NCBI GenBank assembly: GCA_046757025.1
Contig: JBHHXN010000042.1
Coordinates: 1-34,455, forward strand
DNA length: 34,455 nucleotides
Reading direction: 5' to 3'
Source: a bacterium
GTDB taxonomy: Bacteria > Zhuqueibacterota > Zhuqueibacteria > Oceanimicrobiales > Oceanimicrobiaceae
The notes under the pieces are model-generated. The model saw nothing but the letters and a program-made list of their open reading frames with translations. It did no database searches and was not told where the DNA came from. Position numbers and translations under genes: made by a program. Shown piece after piece: positions 9,582 to 18,720 of the stretch. Within the stretch, counting starts at the first letter, position 1, and the number at the start of each line of letters is the position of its first letter.

Positions 9582-10901
9582 TTAATCGTAATATTCCAGG
9601 CCCAGATGCGTAATAAGCTCCTCTCCTTTCAAATGCCTAAGGGTGTTTTTCAATTTCATCATTTGAATGAAAATATCGTGCTCTGGATAAACCCCTTCAG
9701 CGGACATGGGACTTTTGAAATAGAATGAAAGCCACTCTTGAATGCCTTTCATATCGCAACGAGCCGCCAAGTCTAAAAACAGTACCAGATCCAGCACAAT
9801 GGGTGCGGCCAGAATACTATCCCGGCACAGAAAATCGATTTTGATCTGCATGTGGTAACCCAGCCAGCCAAAAATATCGATGTTGTCCCAACCTTCTTTA
9901 TTATCCCCTCTCGGCGGATAATAGTTGATGCGGACTTTGTGGTAGATGTCGCCGTACAGCTCGGGATAGACCTCGGGTTGCAGGATGTATTCCAGCACGC
10001 CGAGTTTGCTCACCTCTTTGGTTTTGAAGGATTCCGGATCGTCCAGCACTTCGCCATCGCGGTTGCCTAAAATGTTGGTGGAGAACCAGCCTGAAAGTCC
10101 CAGACAGCGCGCTTTTAGTCCCGGCGCTAAAATGGTTTTCATCAAAGTCTGGCCGGTTTTGAAATCTTTCCCGCCGATGGGCACGTTGTTCTCTTTGGCA
10201 AATTCAATCATGGCGGGAAAATCGGCGCTCAAATTGGGGGCGCCGTTGGCATAAGGGACGCCTTCAGCAATGGCGGCATACGCATAGAGCATGCTTGGCG
10301 CCACGGCCGGATGATTTTCTTTCATGGCCTTTTCGAAATCCTCTAAATTTTTATAGACGGGATCGTCCGGCTCCATGAAAACTTCCGTGCTGCCGCACCA
10401 AACCATCACCATGTTTTGCAAATTGTGAGTGCTTTTAAAACTCCGAATATCTTCCCGCACCTGCTGCATCAGCTCCCACTTGTTCGGGCTGGATTTCACG
10501 TTTGTGCCGCTCAATTTTTTAACATAATTTTGATCAAAGACCGCCTTCCAGGGTGTGATCGCTTGCAATTCCGGTTGCAATTGCTCTAACAACGCTTTAT
10601 CCAATACGCCCGCCTGCAAAGCCGCTTCGTAACAGTTTTCTTCATAAATATCCCAACCACCAAAAACCAGATCATTCAAATCCGCCAGCGGCACAAAATC
10701 TTTTATTTTGGGTACGCGATTTTCCGTACGCTTACCCAGTCGAATAGTACCCATTTGCGTGACCGAGCCAAACGGCTTAGACAGACCCTTTTTGATGGCC
10801 TCCACGCCGGCAATGACCGTAGTACTGACCGCTCCCAAACCAGGCAACAGCACACCTAATTTGCCTTTCGGTTCTGTAATTTTAAGTTCTCTTTGATCCA
10901 A
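9582..10901 (-). CDS. ino1: myo-inositol-1-phosphate synthase
   Basis: GLGAVSTT, GKDFKTGQTLMK, NILGNRDG, YYPPRGDNKEGWD, RDSILAAP, SFYFKSP. TTG start with RBS AGGAGG. Confidence 0.95.
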   Translation of the reverse strand: MDQRELKITEPKGKLGVLLPGLGAVSTTVIAGVEAIKKGLSKPFGSVTQMGTIRLGKRTENRVPKIKDFVPLADLNDLVFGGWDIYEENCYEAALQAGVLDKALLEQLQPELQAITPWKAVFDQNYVKKLSGTNVKSSPNKWELMQQVREDIRSFKSTHNLQNMVMVWCGSTEVFMEPDDPVYKNLEDFEKAMKENHPAVAPSMLYAYAAIAEGVPYANGAPNLSADFPAMIEFAKENNVPIGGKDFKTGQTLMKTILAPGLKARCLGLSGWFSTNILGNRDGEVLDDPESFKTKEVSKLGVLEYILQPEVYPELYGDIYHKVRINYYPPRGDNKEGWDNIDIFGWLGYHMQIKIDFLCRDSILAAPIVLDLVLFLDLAARCDMKGIQEWLSFYFKSPMSAEGVYPEHDIFIQMMKLKNTLRHLKGEELITHLGLEYYD

Positions 10902-11004
10902 TTCGCCCTCCTGTGTTCAAATAATTCAAGTTGCAAATAGTTAGTTTAATCTTCATTTATTCGTGAATTTAACGTGTCGTTTTCTATAATATGACCACTG
11001 AACT

Positions 11005-11033
11005 AGTGTATTTTTGTGCAAATAATCTCCCAA
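11005..11033 (-). promoter_or_regulatory. Possible sigma70 promoter of ino1
   Basis: TTGGGA, 17 nt, TACACT on the minus strand, about 100 nt upstream of the ino1 start. Confidence 0.3.
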
Positions 11034-11194
11034 GCCATTTAAAGAATTCAATATGTAAAGTGAAAAATGCCCATTTCAAAGTGGCTAATTTTTCTTATCC
11101 CCACATTTTCCTGAATTCCGTCGAAAGATTTATTGATTCCAACAGCCCTGACTGTGGTACAAACTCCCTTTAACGATTTCTAGGACGTTCCGTT

Positions 11195-11866
11195 TCATAC
11201 CATATCCATTTCCGCTTGAGTCAACTTCTGCTTTTTCTTGCCGTTTTCCGCCACCCAGATGTGATAGATTCTTTGAATGGCAGTGACATTGGCAAAAACA
11301 GCGATAAGCAAGATGGCGAAAATCAAAGCGTACAAGTGGATAATGGACAAAATGGCACCAAATCCAATGTAAACCACGCGCTCCGGCCGCTGCATGATAC
11401 CGACTTTGCACTGAAATCCCAGGGCTTCGGCTCGGGCGCGCACATAGCTTACCATGACCGACCCGCCCAGTGCAAATGACACGGCGACGGATGTAATAAA
11501 CATATCCGCCTTGACGAAATAAAAAGCCAGTCCAAAAAACATGATCACTTCGGCGTAGCGGTCCAGCGTGGAGTCATACAACGCGCCAAATTTCGTGACG
11601 CGCTTGGTGGCCCGGGCAACCTTGCCATCGATGATATCGAAGGTGCCGGCCAGTAAAATAATTCCACCGGCGATGGTGAGATGACCGGTTGCAAACAAGA
11701 CCGCGGCGCCAATGGTCAAAATAAAACCAATGGTGGTAAAAAAATTGGGGTTGAGCTCTAGTCTAACAAAAAATTTTACCACTGGTTGAATGAGTCCCAG
11801 ATACCAGTTTTTAATGCCGTTAGGCAGAACATTGATCTTCCATTTGAAAATATTAAACTTTGCCAA
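11195..11866 (-). CDS. CDP-alcohol phosphatidyltransferase, phosphatidylinositol-phosphate synthase-like
   Basis: Signature FDIIDGKVAR...FGALYDSTLDR, plus PNFFT, SYVRARAEALG and GIMQRPER as seen in PIP/AIP synthases. Adjacent to ino1. TTG start. Confidence 0.88.
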   Translation of the reverse strand: MAKFNIFKWKINVLPNGIKNWYLGLIQPVVKFFVRLELNPNFFTTIGFILTIGAAVLFATGHLTIAGGIILLAGTFDIIDGKVARATKRVTKFGALYDSTLDRYAEVIMFFGLAFYFVKADMFITSVAVSFALGGSVMVSYVRARAEALGFQCKVGIMQRPERVVYIGFGAILSIIHLYALIFAILLIAVFANVTAIQRIYHIWVAENGKKKQKLTQAEMDMV

Positions 11867-11869
11867 TTT

Positions 11870-12574
11870 TTATTCTCCCTTTCCTTTACCCTCAATGACA
11901 AGTACAAACTCACCTTTTAACTTAATTTGAGTAAGTTTTGATTTCAATTCGCGCACCGTTCCCCGATGTACTTCCTGAAATTTTTTGGTGATCTCACGTA
12001 CCAACGCCGCCTTTCGATTAGCGAAAACATCTTCTAAATCCGAAAAGGTGCTGGATAGACGATATGGAGACTCATAAAATATTAACGTCCGCGGATCGTC
12101 CTTTAAGGAATCGATCCTTTTTTTTCGACCCCGTTTTCTGGGCAAGAACCCTTCAAACGCAAAGCGGTCGGTGGGTAAACTGGATAACGTTAAGGCCGGT
12201 ACAAAAGCGGTGGCGCCCGGAATAACTTCGATGGGGACGTCGCTTTCCACGCACGCTTTCACTAGCTTGTAGGCCGGATCAGAGATACCTGGCGTCCCAG
12301 CATCTGAAACCAGCGCTATCTTCTCACCTCCTTTTAATCTTTTAATTAAAGTGGGGATTTTTTTTTCTTTGTTAAAATCGTGATAACTGGTTGTCAAAGT
12401 TTTTATCTTAAAATGTTGCAATAAAATTCGCGTGTGTCTGGTATCTTCCGCCGCTATCAGATCGACTTCAGAAAGCACTTCAATCGCGCGCAGCGTCATA
12501 TCCTTTAAATTGCCGATGGGGGTACTCACCACAAACAGAGTACCAGCGGGCAACGGGTTTTCCAGCTCTTTCAT
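11870..12574 (-). CDS. rsmI: 16S rRNA (cytidine1402-2'-O)-methyltransferase
   Basis: LFVVSTPIGNLKD, AAEDTR, ALVSDAGTPGISDP, FYESPYR, REITKKF, KGEFVLV. Confidence 0.96.
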   Translation of the reverse strand: MKELENPLPAGTLFVVSTPIGNLKDMTLRAIEVLSEVDLIAAEDTRHTRILLQHFKIKTLTTSYHDFNKEKKIPTLIKRLKGGEKIALVSDAGTPGISDPAYKLVKACVESDVPIEVIPGATAFVPALTLSSLPTDRFAFEGFLPRKRGRKKRIDSLKDDPRTLIFYESPYRLSSTFSDLEDVFANRKAALVREITKKFQEVHRGTVRELKSKLTQIKLKGEFVLVIEGKGKGE

Positions 12575-12645
12575 GCTCTAAAAACCGCATCGGTAAAATG
12601 TCTTGCGCTTTGCATCGCCATCTTTTTCGGCAACAAGCTGGTTGT

Positions 12646-14040
12646 TCATAATTCAAACTGCGCTTTATCTTCTACTTTGGCTGCAGTGGGTTCGCCATTT
12701 TCGTGCAAAACTTCTTCCAGACTGCGGGTTACGATACTCATAGCCTCATCCACAAACTCGCGGGTGATGTTCAACGCCGGCCGGAATCGGATGGAAGCGT
12801 GACCGCAGGTCAAGGCAATGCTGCCGTTCTCAAATAATTTGTACAAAAAATGATTTCGGAAGGTCTCGTCCGGCAAATCGAACGCGATCATCAATCCACG
12901 GCCACGGACGTTGCAGATGTGATCAGCAAATTCCTGTTCGAGATTCTGCAATTGCCGTAGAAAATATTCACCGATGTTTTTCGCGTTTTCAATGAGATTT
13001 TCCCGGTCAATTATTTGCAGATATTGGCCAAAGCGCACCATATCCACCAGGTTCCCCCCCCAGGTGGAGTTTATGCGGCTGGCTTCTTTAAAAACGTTGT
13101 CCGCCACTTCGTGAATGCGGTCGCTGCACAGGAAACCGCAGACCTGAGTTTTTTTCCCGAATGTAATCATGTCCGGCTGCATGCCAAAATGCTGAAAACA
13201 CCACATTTTACCCGTCAGGCCTACACCGGTTTGCACTTCATCGAAAATCAACAGGATGTCGTTTTCATCCGCAAACGTACGCAATTGCTGCAAAAATTCC
13301 TTGCGGAAATGATTGTCCCCACCCTCCCCTTGAATGGGCTCGATGAGGATGGCCGCGATGTCGTCGGGATTTTCATGCACCGCGGCTTTCATTTCTGCCA
13401 GAGCCTGCTTTTCCAGCGCCGCCACCTTCTCCAGATGGTCAGCGGTCATTGGAAAGCGGATTTTCGGATTGGTAATCCGCGGCCAATTAAATTTGGGATA
13501 ATACTTGGTTTTACGCGGATCCGCGGTATTGGTCAGGGACAAAGTGTAGCCAGTGCGCCCGTGAAAGGCCTGCTTAAAATGCATGATCTGGGTGCCTTTT
13601 TCTTGTTTGTACCCTTTAGCGAAGTTTTTTCGCACTTTCCAGTCAAACGCCGCTTTCAGCGCGTTTTCCACCGCCAGCGCGCCGCCGCTGATCAAGAACA
13701 AATTCGGCAGCCCTTCGGGAATGGCATATTTTGAAAATAGTTCGACGAACTCCGCCATCTCCACCGTGTAAAAATCGGAGTTAGAGGGCTTCATGATGGC
13801 CACGTTGAGAATTTTTTCTTTAAAATCCTCTTTTAACATATCGGGATGATTATGCCCGATGGGCGCGGTGGCAAAAAAACTGAACAGATCCAGGTAGCGG
13901 CGATTTTTCAACGAGTCGAAAATGTAGCTCCCCTGGCTCTTTTTCAGATCGATTACCATCCCGTCAAAACCATCGACGAGGATGTGTTTATTTAAAATTG
14001 GAAAAACCCGTTCCGGTGTGATATTTGGCAAAGATGTCAT
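12646..14040 (-). CDS. lat: L-lysine 6-aminotransferase (class III PLP aminotransferase)
   Basis: KPSNSDFY, GGALAVENALKAAFDWK, AFHGRTGYTLSLTNT, EPIQGEGGD, DEVQTG, PLP lysine in FGKKTQVCG, SRINSTWGGNLVDMVR. Confidence 0.93.
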   Translation of the reverse strand: MTSLPNITPERVFPILNKHILVDGFDGMVIDLKKSQGSYIFDSLKNRRYLDLFSFFATAPIGHNHPDMLKEDFKEKILNVAIMKPSNSDFYTVEMAEFVELFSKYAIPEGLPNLFLISGGALAVENALKAAFDWKVRKNFAKGYKQEKGTQIMHFKQAFHGRTGYTLSLTNTADPRKTKYYPKFNWPRITNPKIRFPMTADHLEKVAALEKQALAEMKAAVHENPDDIAAILIEPIQGEGGDNHFRKEFLQQLRTFADENDILLIFDEVQTGVGLTGKMWCFQHFGMQPDMITFGKKTQVCGFLCSDRIHEVADNVFKEASRINSTWGGNLVDMVRFGQYLQIIDRENLIENAKNIGEYFLRQLQNLEQEFADHICNVRGRGLMIAFDLPDETFRNHFLYKLFENGSIALTCGHASIRFRPALNITREFVDEAMSIVTRSLEEVLHENGEPTAAKVEDKAQFEL

Positions 14041-14252
14041 TAAATGGTCCTTCTACTTTTTGTTTCAGATTTAACAATATTTTCCGTTATTAACACGATA
14101 AATTTACAAATTTTGATTTTGCTCCAAATCAAGCAAAATCTCAAAGCAACTAACTGAATTATTATGATGTTTAATCCGCTGACATTTTAGTAATTTCAAA
14201 GCGTACCATACAAGCCAGTTTGCCGGGAAATACATGGCCGGAACACGCTTAA

Positions 14253-14426
14253 GAGATTGTGTAAAAAATCAAACACAGGGGTTGTGTCATTCCCCGCCTT
14301 GCGGGACAAGCAGAAAGAATCTTATTTAAACAGACGTAAGGTGTTAATTATTATAAAGATTCTTTCAGAATGACAATGTGGGCGCCCCTGGGTTTTAGTG
14401 AATTTCTCATATTTTCACACAGTCGC
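14253..14426. mobile_element. MITE-like non-autonomous element with nested palindromes
   Basis: Imperfect terminal inverted repeats GAGATTGTGTAAAAA and (reverse complement) GCGACTGTGTGAAAA, 12/15 identical. TAA on both flanks (14250-14252, 14427-14429). Internal pairs tgtcattc/gaatgaca, gaaagaatctt/aagattctttc and cagggg/cccctg. Confidence 0.65.
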
Positions 14427-14451
14427 TAAAGCGTGAACACCCATTTCGCTA

Positions 14452-15939
14452 TTAATAATTGTCGATTTGAGCCCGTTGCAATTTGCCGGAGAAATCCACG
14501 AAAACCGTTTTGGTTTCGGTGTAGAATTCGTACACTTCCCAGCCGCCTTCCCGGTGGCCGTTGCCGGTCTCTTTTACGCCGCCGAACGGCATGTGCGCTT
14601 CGGCGCCGATAGTGGGACCGTTGATGTAGGTGATGCCGGCTTCAATATCGCGCATGGCCTGAAAGCCTCGATTGACGTCGTTGGTGTAAATGGAAGACGA
14701 CAAACCGTATTTCGTATTGTTCAGGGTTTTGATGGCTTCTTCGAACGATTTTACCCGCAGCACCGACAGCACCGGCCCAAAAATTTCTTCCTTTGCAATG
14801 CGCATTTTCGGCGTCACTTCCGTGAAAATCGTCGGCAGAAAATACCAGCCATTGGCACAGTCCCCTTCTTTGAAATCGCTGCCGCCGATCAAAATCTGCG
14901 CGCCTTCCTCTTTTCCGATGTTGACATAATTTTGTACGGTCTCGATTTGTCCCCGATTGATCATGGGCCCGACATCGGATTCGGCATTGAGACCGTTGCC
15001 CAGCTTCAAATTGCGCGTTGCGTTCAACAACATTTCCATAAACCGGTCGTACACTTTTTCGTGTAGAATCAATCGGCTGGTGGCGGTGCAACGCTGGCCG
15101 GTGGTTCCAAACGCTCCCCACAAAACCCCTTCCAGCGCCAGATCCAGATCGGCGTCCTCCATGACTATTTGGGCATTTTTACCGCCCAACTCCAGCGAAA
15201 CGCGTTTCAGCGTATCGCCCGCCGCCTTGGAAATGGCCTTGCCCACGGCGGTGGAACCAGTGAACGAAATCAAATTCACGTCGGGGTGATTCACCAGCGG
15301 TGTGCCCACGCGGCTGCCGCGGCCGTGCACCAGATTCACTACTTTTTCCGGCACGCCGGCTTCTAACAAAATTTCCACAAAAGTGGTAGCGGTTAAAGGG
15401 GTGTCGCTGGCTGGTTTAAACACCACGCAGTTACCGCACACCAGCGCTGGAAAAATCTTCCAGGTGGGGATGGCCATGGGGAAATTCCACGGGGTGATGA
15501 TGCCTGCCACGCCCATGGGAATTCGCATGGACATGTTGAATTTGTTGGGCAGCTCCGATGGCACCGTGTGCCCGAACAATCGCCGACCTTCGCTGGCGGC
15601 ATAGTAAGCGGTGTCGATGCCTTCCTGCACATCGCCCAGAGTTTCGGTGAGTACCTTACCCATTTCCCGGGTCATGTCCCTGGCGATTTCCTGTTTGCGC
15701 TGGCTCATGATATCGCCGGCTTTGCGGATGATGTCGCCCCGGGCCGGCGCCGGCGTCAATCGCCAGGCGTCGAAAGCCTCCCGGGCACACTGCACCGCCG
15801 TGTCCACTTCGTTTTCACCTGAATCGGGGAATTCGCCGAGCGTTTCCTGCCAATTGGCCGGGTTGCGGTTTTCAAACGTTTCGCCGCTGAAAGCATCTAC
15901 CCATTTCCCGCCGATAAAATTTTGATATTTTTTAGCCAT
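14452..15939 (-). CDS. NAD(P)-dependent aldehyde dehydrogenase
   Basis: ITPWNFP, FKPAS, FTGSTAVG, LELGGKN (catalytic Glu), GQRCTA (catalytic Cys), EEIFGP, PFGGVKETG. Confidence 0.96.
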   Translation of the reverse strand: MAKKYQNFIGGKWVDAFSGETFENRNPANWQETLGEFPDSGENEVDTAVQCAREAFDAWRLTPAPARGDIIRKAGDIMSQRKQEIARDMTREMGKVLTETLGDVQEGIDTAYYAASEGRRLFGHTVPSELPNKFNMSMRIPMGVAGIITPWNFPMAIPTWKIFPALVCGNCVVFKPASDTPLTATTFVEILLEAGVPEKVVNLVHGRGSRVGTPLVNHPDVNLISFTGSTAVGKAISKAAGDTLKRVSLELGGKNAQIVMEDADLDLALEGVLWGAFGTTGQRCTATSRLILHEKVYDRFMEMLLNATRNLKLGNGLNAESDVGPMINRGQIETVQNYVNIGKEEGAQILIGGSDFKEGDCANGWYFLPTIFTEVTPKMRIAKEEIFGPVLSVLRVKSFEEAIKTLNNTKYGLSSSIYTNDVNRGFQAMRDIEAGITYINGPTIGAEAHMPFGGVKETGNGHREGGWEVYEFYTETKTVFVDFSGKLQRAQIDNY

Positions 15940-16141
15940 TTTTTCCCTCTTAATATTTTGAAATCAATTAAATTAACATGTTATCTTTTCACAAATCAAT
16001 GTCTCAACAACGTATTTAACATTTTACTGGTTTCAAAAAACAAGGTTTTCCAAATCGGCCCATTCAATTGTACTGACGCCCTGATTTTTAGCCACTCCCC
16101 GGCTGTTTATTCATTCCCAAAGCTTTTGAAACAAACTAAGA

Positions 16142-16170
16142 ATAATAGCAAAAAAAAGGGTTAAAGTCAA
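16142..16170 (-). promoter_or_regulatory. sigma70 promoter with extended -10 upstream of the aldehyde dehydrogenase
   Basis: TTGACT (16170-16165), 17 nt, TATTAT (16147-16142) preceded by TG. Confidence 0.7.
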
Positions 16171-16215
16171 GAGTAAAGCGGGGTTAAAAAAGTGGATTTT
16201 TACGGATTGCAGCAA

Positions 16216-18705
16216 TTACATCCTAATCCAGTTTAAAATCTTACGCTTGTACTGCTCAACGAGTTTTTTTGCGGTACGATCGTGGCTAGCTTCGGCGAGA
16301 ACATGACAAAATGCTTTATCCCGGTCGGGAAGGACCAACACCCAGGCGTCATCGAAAAGTACTTTCACACCATCGATGATGAGCCGCTCGTTTTGCTCGG
16401 AATCGGCAGTGAGATGCCGAAAAACCTTGCCTTTGACTTCCCAGGGACAGGGGATGCTTTCCAAACGGAACGCTCGCTGTGGTACGGTCTCATGAAGCTT
16501 TCCGAGTGAGATATTTGACCGGGCCATGTGCTCCAGTATTTTCACCAGCGTAAACATGCCGTCGTAAGCAAAGTGGAAGTCGGTGAAAATAAAGCCGCCT
16601 TTGATATCTAATGCCAGGCTCACATCAGAGTCCTCGGTGGCTTTAATGATCGCGCCCACATTGTCCGCGGTATATTCGATATCGATATTTTTTTCTCTGG
16701 CAAACAGTTCGATCTGATGTGGCACCGAAACCGGCACGGCGATTTTTTGCGGCTGCATCGAGTCGAAATACAGTTTTGTCACCAACACGGCCAGCCGTTC
16801 AGGCGGGATGATGCGTCCCTTCTCATCCACACAGCGGATGACTTCCGCCCCGGCATCGATGAGGAAGCCGACATCGGCGCCTGTGACTTTGACCACTTTC
16901 GAAAGCTGTTCCAGCGCCTGTTCGAATTTACGCGGAGTACGGGTAATTTTCTCCGCATCCAGATAGGCATTCAATGCGGTGATTTCACAGCCCAGTTTGC
17001 CCAGGATGGTAGGGAAGATCTGAGTGGCGGCGCCATAGGAATAATCGATCACGACTTTGAATTTAGCCGAGTCGATGACCGGAACATTGATATGCGCGAG
17101 AAAATCCTGCATGTAAGATTCGGCCACGCGTACGGGATATTGAATTTTACCCACTTCATCAAACGCCACGCGCGGAAAATCTTCGCGGAAGAATATGCGC
17201 TCAAAAGTGCGAGTGGTGGCCGGCGAAAAATCCCGCCCGTTATCATCAAAAAACAAAATGTCGATCAATTTTCTATCAAAGGGGGAACGCCGAACATGCA
17301 CGCCGCCGTTTTCACGTCCCGACCGCAGCGCGTATCTTGCAATGGGAATGGGCATCACCTGCAAACTATGTACATTGACGCCCGCTGACATCAGACCGCA
17401 AACCATGGCACGGGCAATCATGCGCGACGCCGGCGTGGCGTCACGACTGACCATCACGCTGTGCTCTTTTCCGAGCCAGGCGCCAAATGCCGCGCCTAAT
17501 TTCGCGCCAAACTCCGGCGAGACTTCGTAATTGGCCAATCCTGTAACCCGTGCGTCCGTAAACAATTCGCGCTGCCACTTTTCTCCCCAGACCAGACTGG
17601 AATTCACCACCGAACCCACATCCACCTCCTTATCCGGCCAGATTTTTACGTTGGCGTTGATCTGACTTTGGCTGCCGATTTGAGTATGATCGCTGATAAT
17701 AACATTTTCTGCAACCACCGTCTGCTCGCCAATGCGGGTTTGACTTCCCACCACCGCTCTGAGGATTTCACTGCCTTTATCTATTTGTACTTCCTGCCAT
17801 AAAACGGAATTTTCGATTTTCGAATTTTGCCCGATCACCGAGCCCTCTCCCACCACCGTGTTCACCAGCTCCACTCCGCTTTCCACTCTGCAATTATCTC
17901 CTAAAATCACTGCGCCCTCAAACCGCACGTTTTTACCGATTTGACAATGGCGACCGCGCCAGACGCCGCGACTTTCGGGTTCTTTCAGCTCCAGCTCGAT
18001 CTTCTTCTCAAAAAAATCAAAATGCACCTGCTGATAGGAAGAGAGACTGCCAATGTCTTTCCAGTAGCAATCATCGATAAATCCAAACAGCGGCAGGTCT
18101 TTTCGCAGTAGATTTGGAAACAGGTCTCGGGAAAAATAGTACTCCTGTTTAGGGGGAATGTGTTCTAAAGCCGCCGGTTGCAAAACATACACGCCCATAT
18201 TCACCGAATCACTAAAAATCTGACCCCAGGAAGGTTTTTCTAAAAAGCGGGTGATGCGGCCTTCGCTGTTGGTGAGCGCAATTCCGAATGGCGACGGATT
18301 TTCCACATGCGACAAAGCCAGAGAAATCAGCGCCCTTTTTTCTCGGTGAAACTGCATGAAGCGGGTCAGGTCTAAATCCGTGACCGCGTCTCCCGAAATC
18401 ACCATAAATGACTCATCCACAAGATGCGCGGCTTGTTTGACCGCACCGGCTGTACCGTAATCCGCTTCAGAAGCAACATAGCTTATATTTACACTGTGAT
18501 TTGTTCCGTCGCCAAAATAGTCACGGATATATTCTGGCTGATAATACAAAAGAAAAATGATATCGGTTAAACGGTGTTTTTTTAGCAAATTGAGGGTGTG
18601 TTCGAGGATGGGCCGATTTGCCACTGGCAGCATAGGTTTGGGCACTTTGCAGGTCAGAGGTCGCAGCCGTGTTCCCAGTCCCCCGACCATAATGATTGCC
18701 TTCAA
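16216..18705 (-). CDS. Sugar-1-phosphate nucleotidyltransferase (mannose-1-P guanylyltransferase-like) + beta-helix + phosphomannomutase-like fusion
   Basis: 829 aa. GGLGTRLRPLT..PKPMLP, GTAGAV, SGDA, FLEKP, YWKDIG, hexapeptide repeats, then a PGM/PMM fold ending in DGVKV..WVLVLPD. TTG start with RBS GAGG. Confidence 0.9.
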   Translation of the reverse strand: MKAIIMVGGLGTRLRPLTCKVPKPMLPVANRPILEHTLNLLKKHRLTDIIFLLYYQPEYIRDYFGDGTNHSVNISYVASEADYGTAGAVKQAAHLVDESFMVISGDAVTDLDLTRFMQFHREKRALISLALSHVENPSPFGIALTNSEGRITRFLEKPSWGQIFSDSVNMGVYVLQPAALEHIPPKQEYYFSRDLFPNLLRKDLPLFGFIDDCYWKDIGSLSSYQQVHFDFFEKKIELELKEPESRGVWRGRHCQIGKNVRFEGAVILGDNCRVESGVELVNTVVGEGSVIGQNSKIENSVLWQEVQIDKGSEILRAVVGSQTRIGEQTVVAENVIISDHTQIGSQSQINANVKIWPDKEVDVGSVVNSSLVWGEKWQRELFTDARVTGLANYEVSPEFGAKLGAAFGAWLGKEHSVMVSRDATPASRMIARAMVCGLMSAGVNVHSLQVMPIPIARYALRSGRENGGVHVRRSPFDRKLIDILFFDDNGRDFSPATTRTFERIFFREDFPRVAFDEVGKIQYPVRVAESYMQDFLAHINVPVIDSAKFKVVIDYSYGAATQIFPTILGKLGCEITALNAYLDAEKITRTPRKFEQALEQLSKVVKVTGADVGFLIDAGAEVIRCVDEKGRIIPPERLAVLVTKLYFDSMQPQKIAVPVSVPHQIELFAREKNIDIEYTADNVGAIIKATEDSDVSLALDIKGGFIFTDFHFAYDGMFTLVKILEHMARSNISLGKLHETVPQRAFRLESIPCPWEVKGKVFRHLTADSEQNERLIIDGVKVLFDDAWVLVLPDRDKAFCHVLAEASHDRTAKKLVEQYKRKILNWIRM

Positions 18706-18720
18706 TTTTCTTACCTCAGT

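Noticed and set aside
12358..12366. A9 homopolymer in the rsmI coding strand as a phase-variation site
   Set aside because: The frame is intact, the run encodes a Lys-rich stretch, and this is a housekeeping gene.
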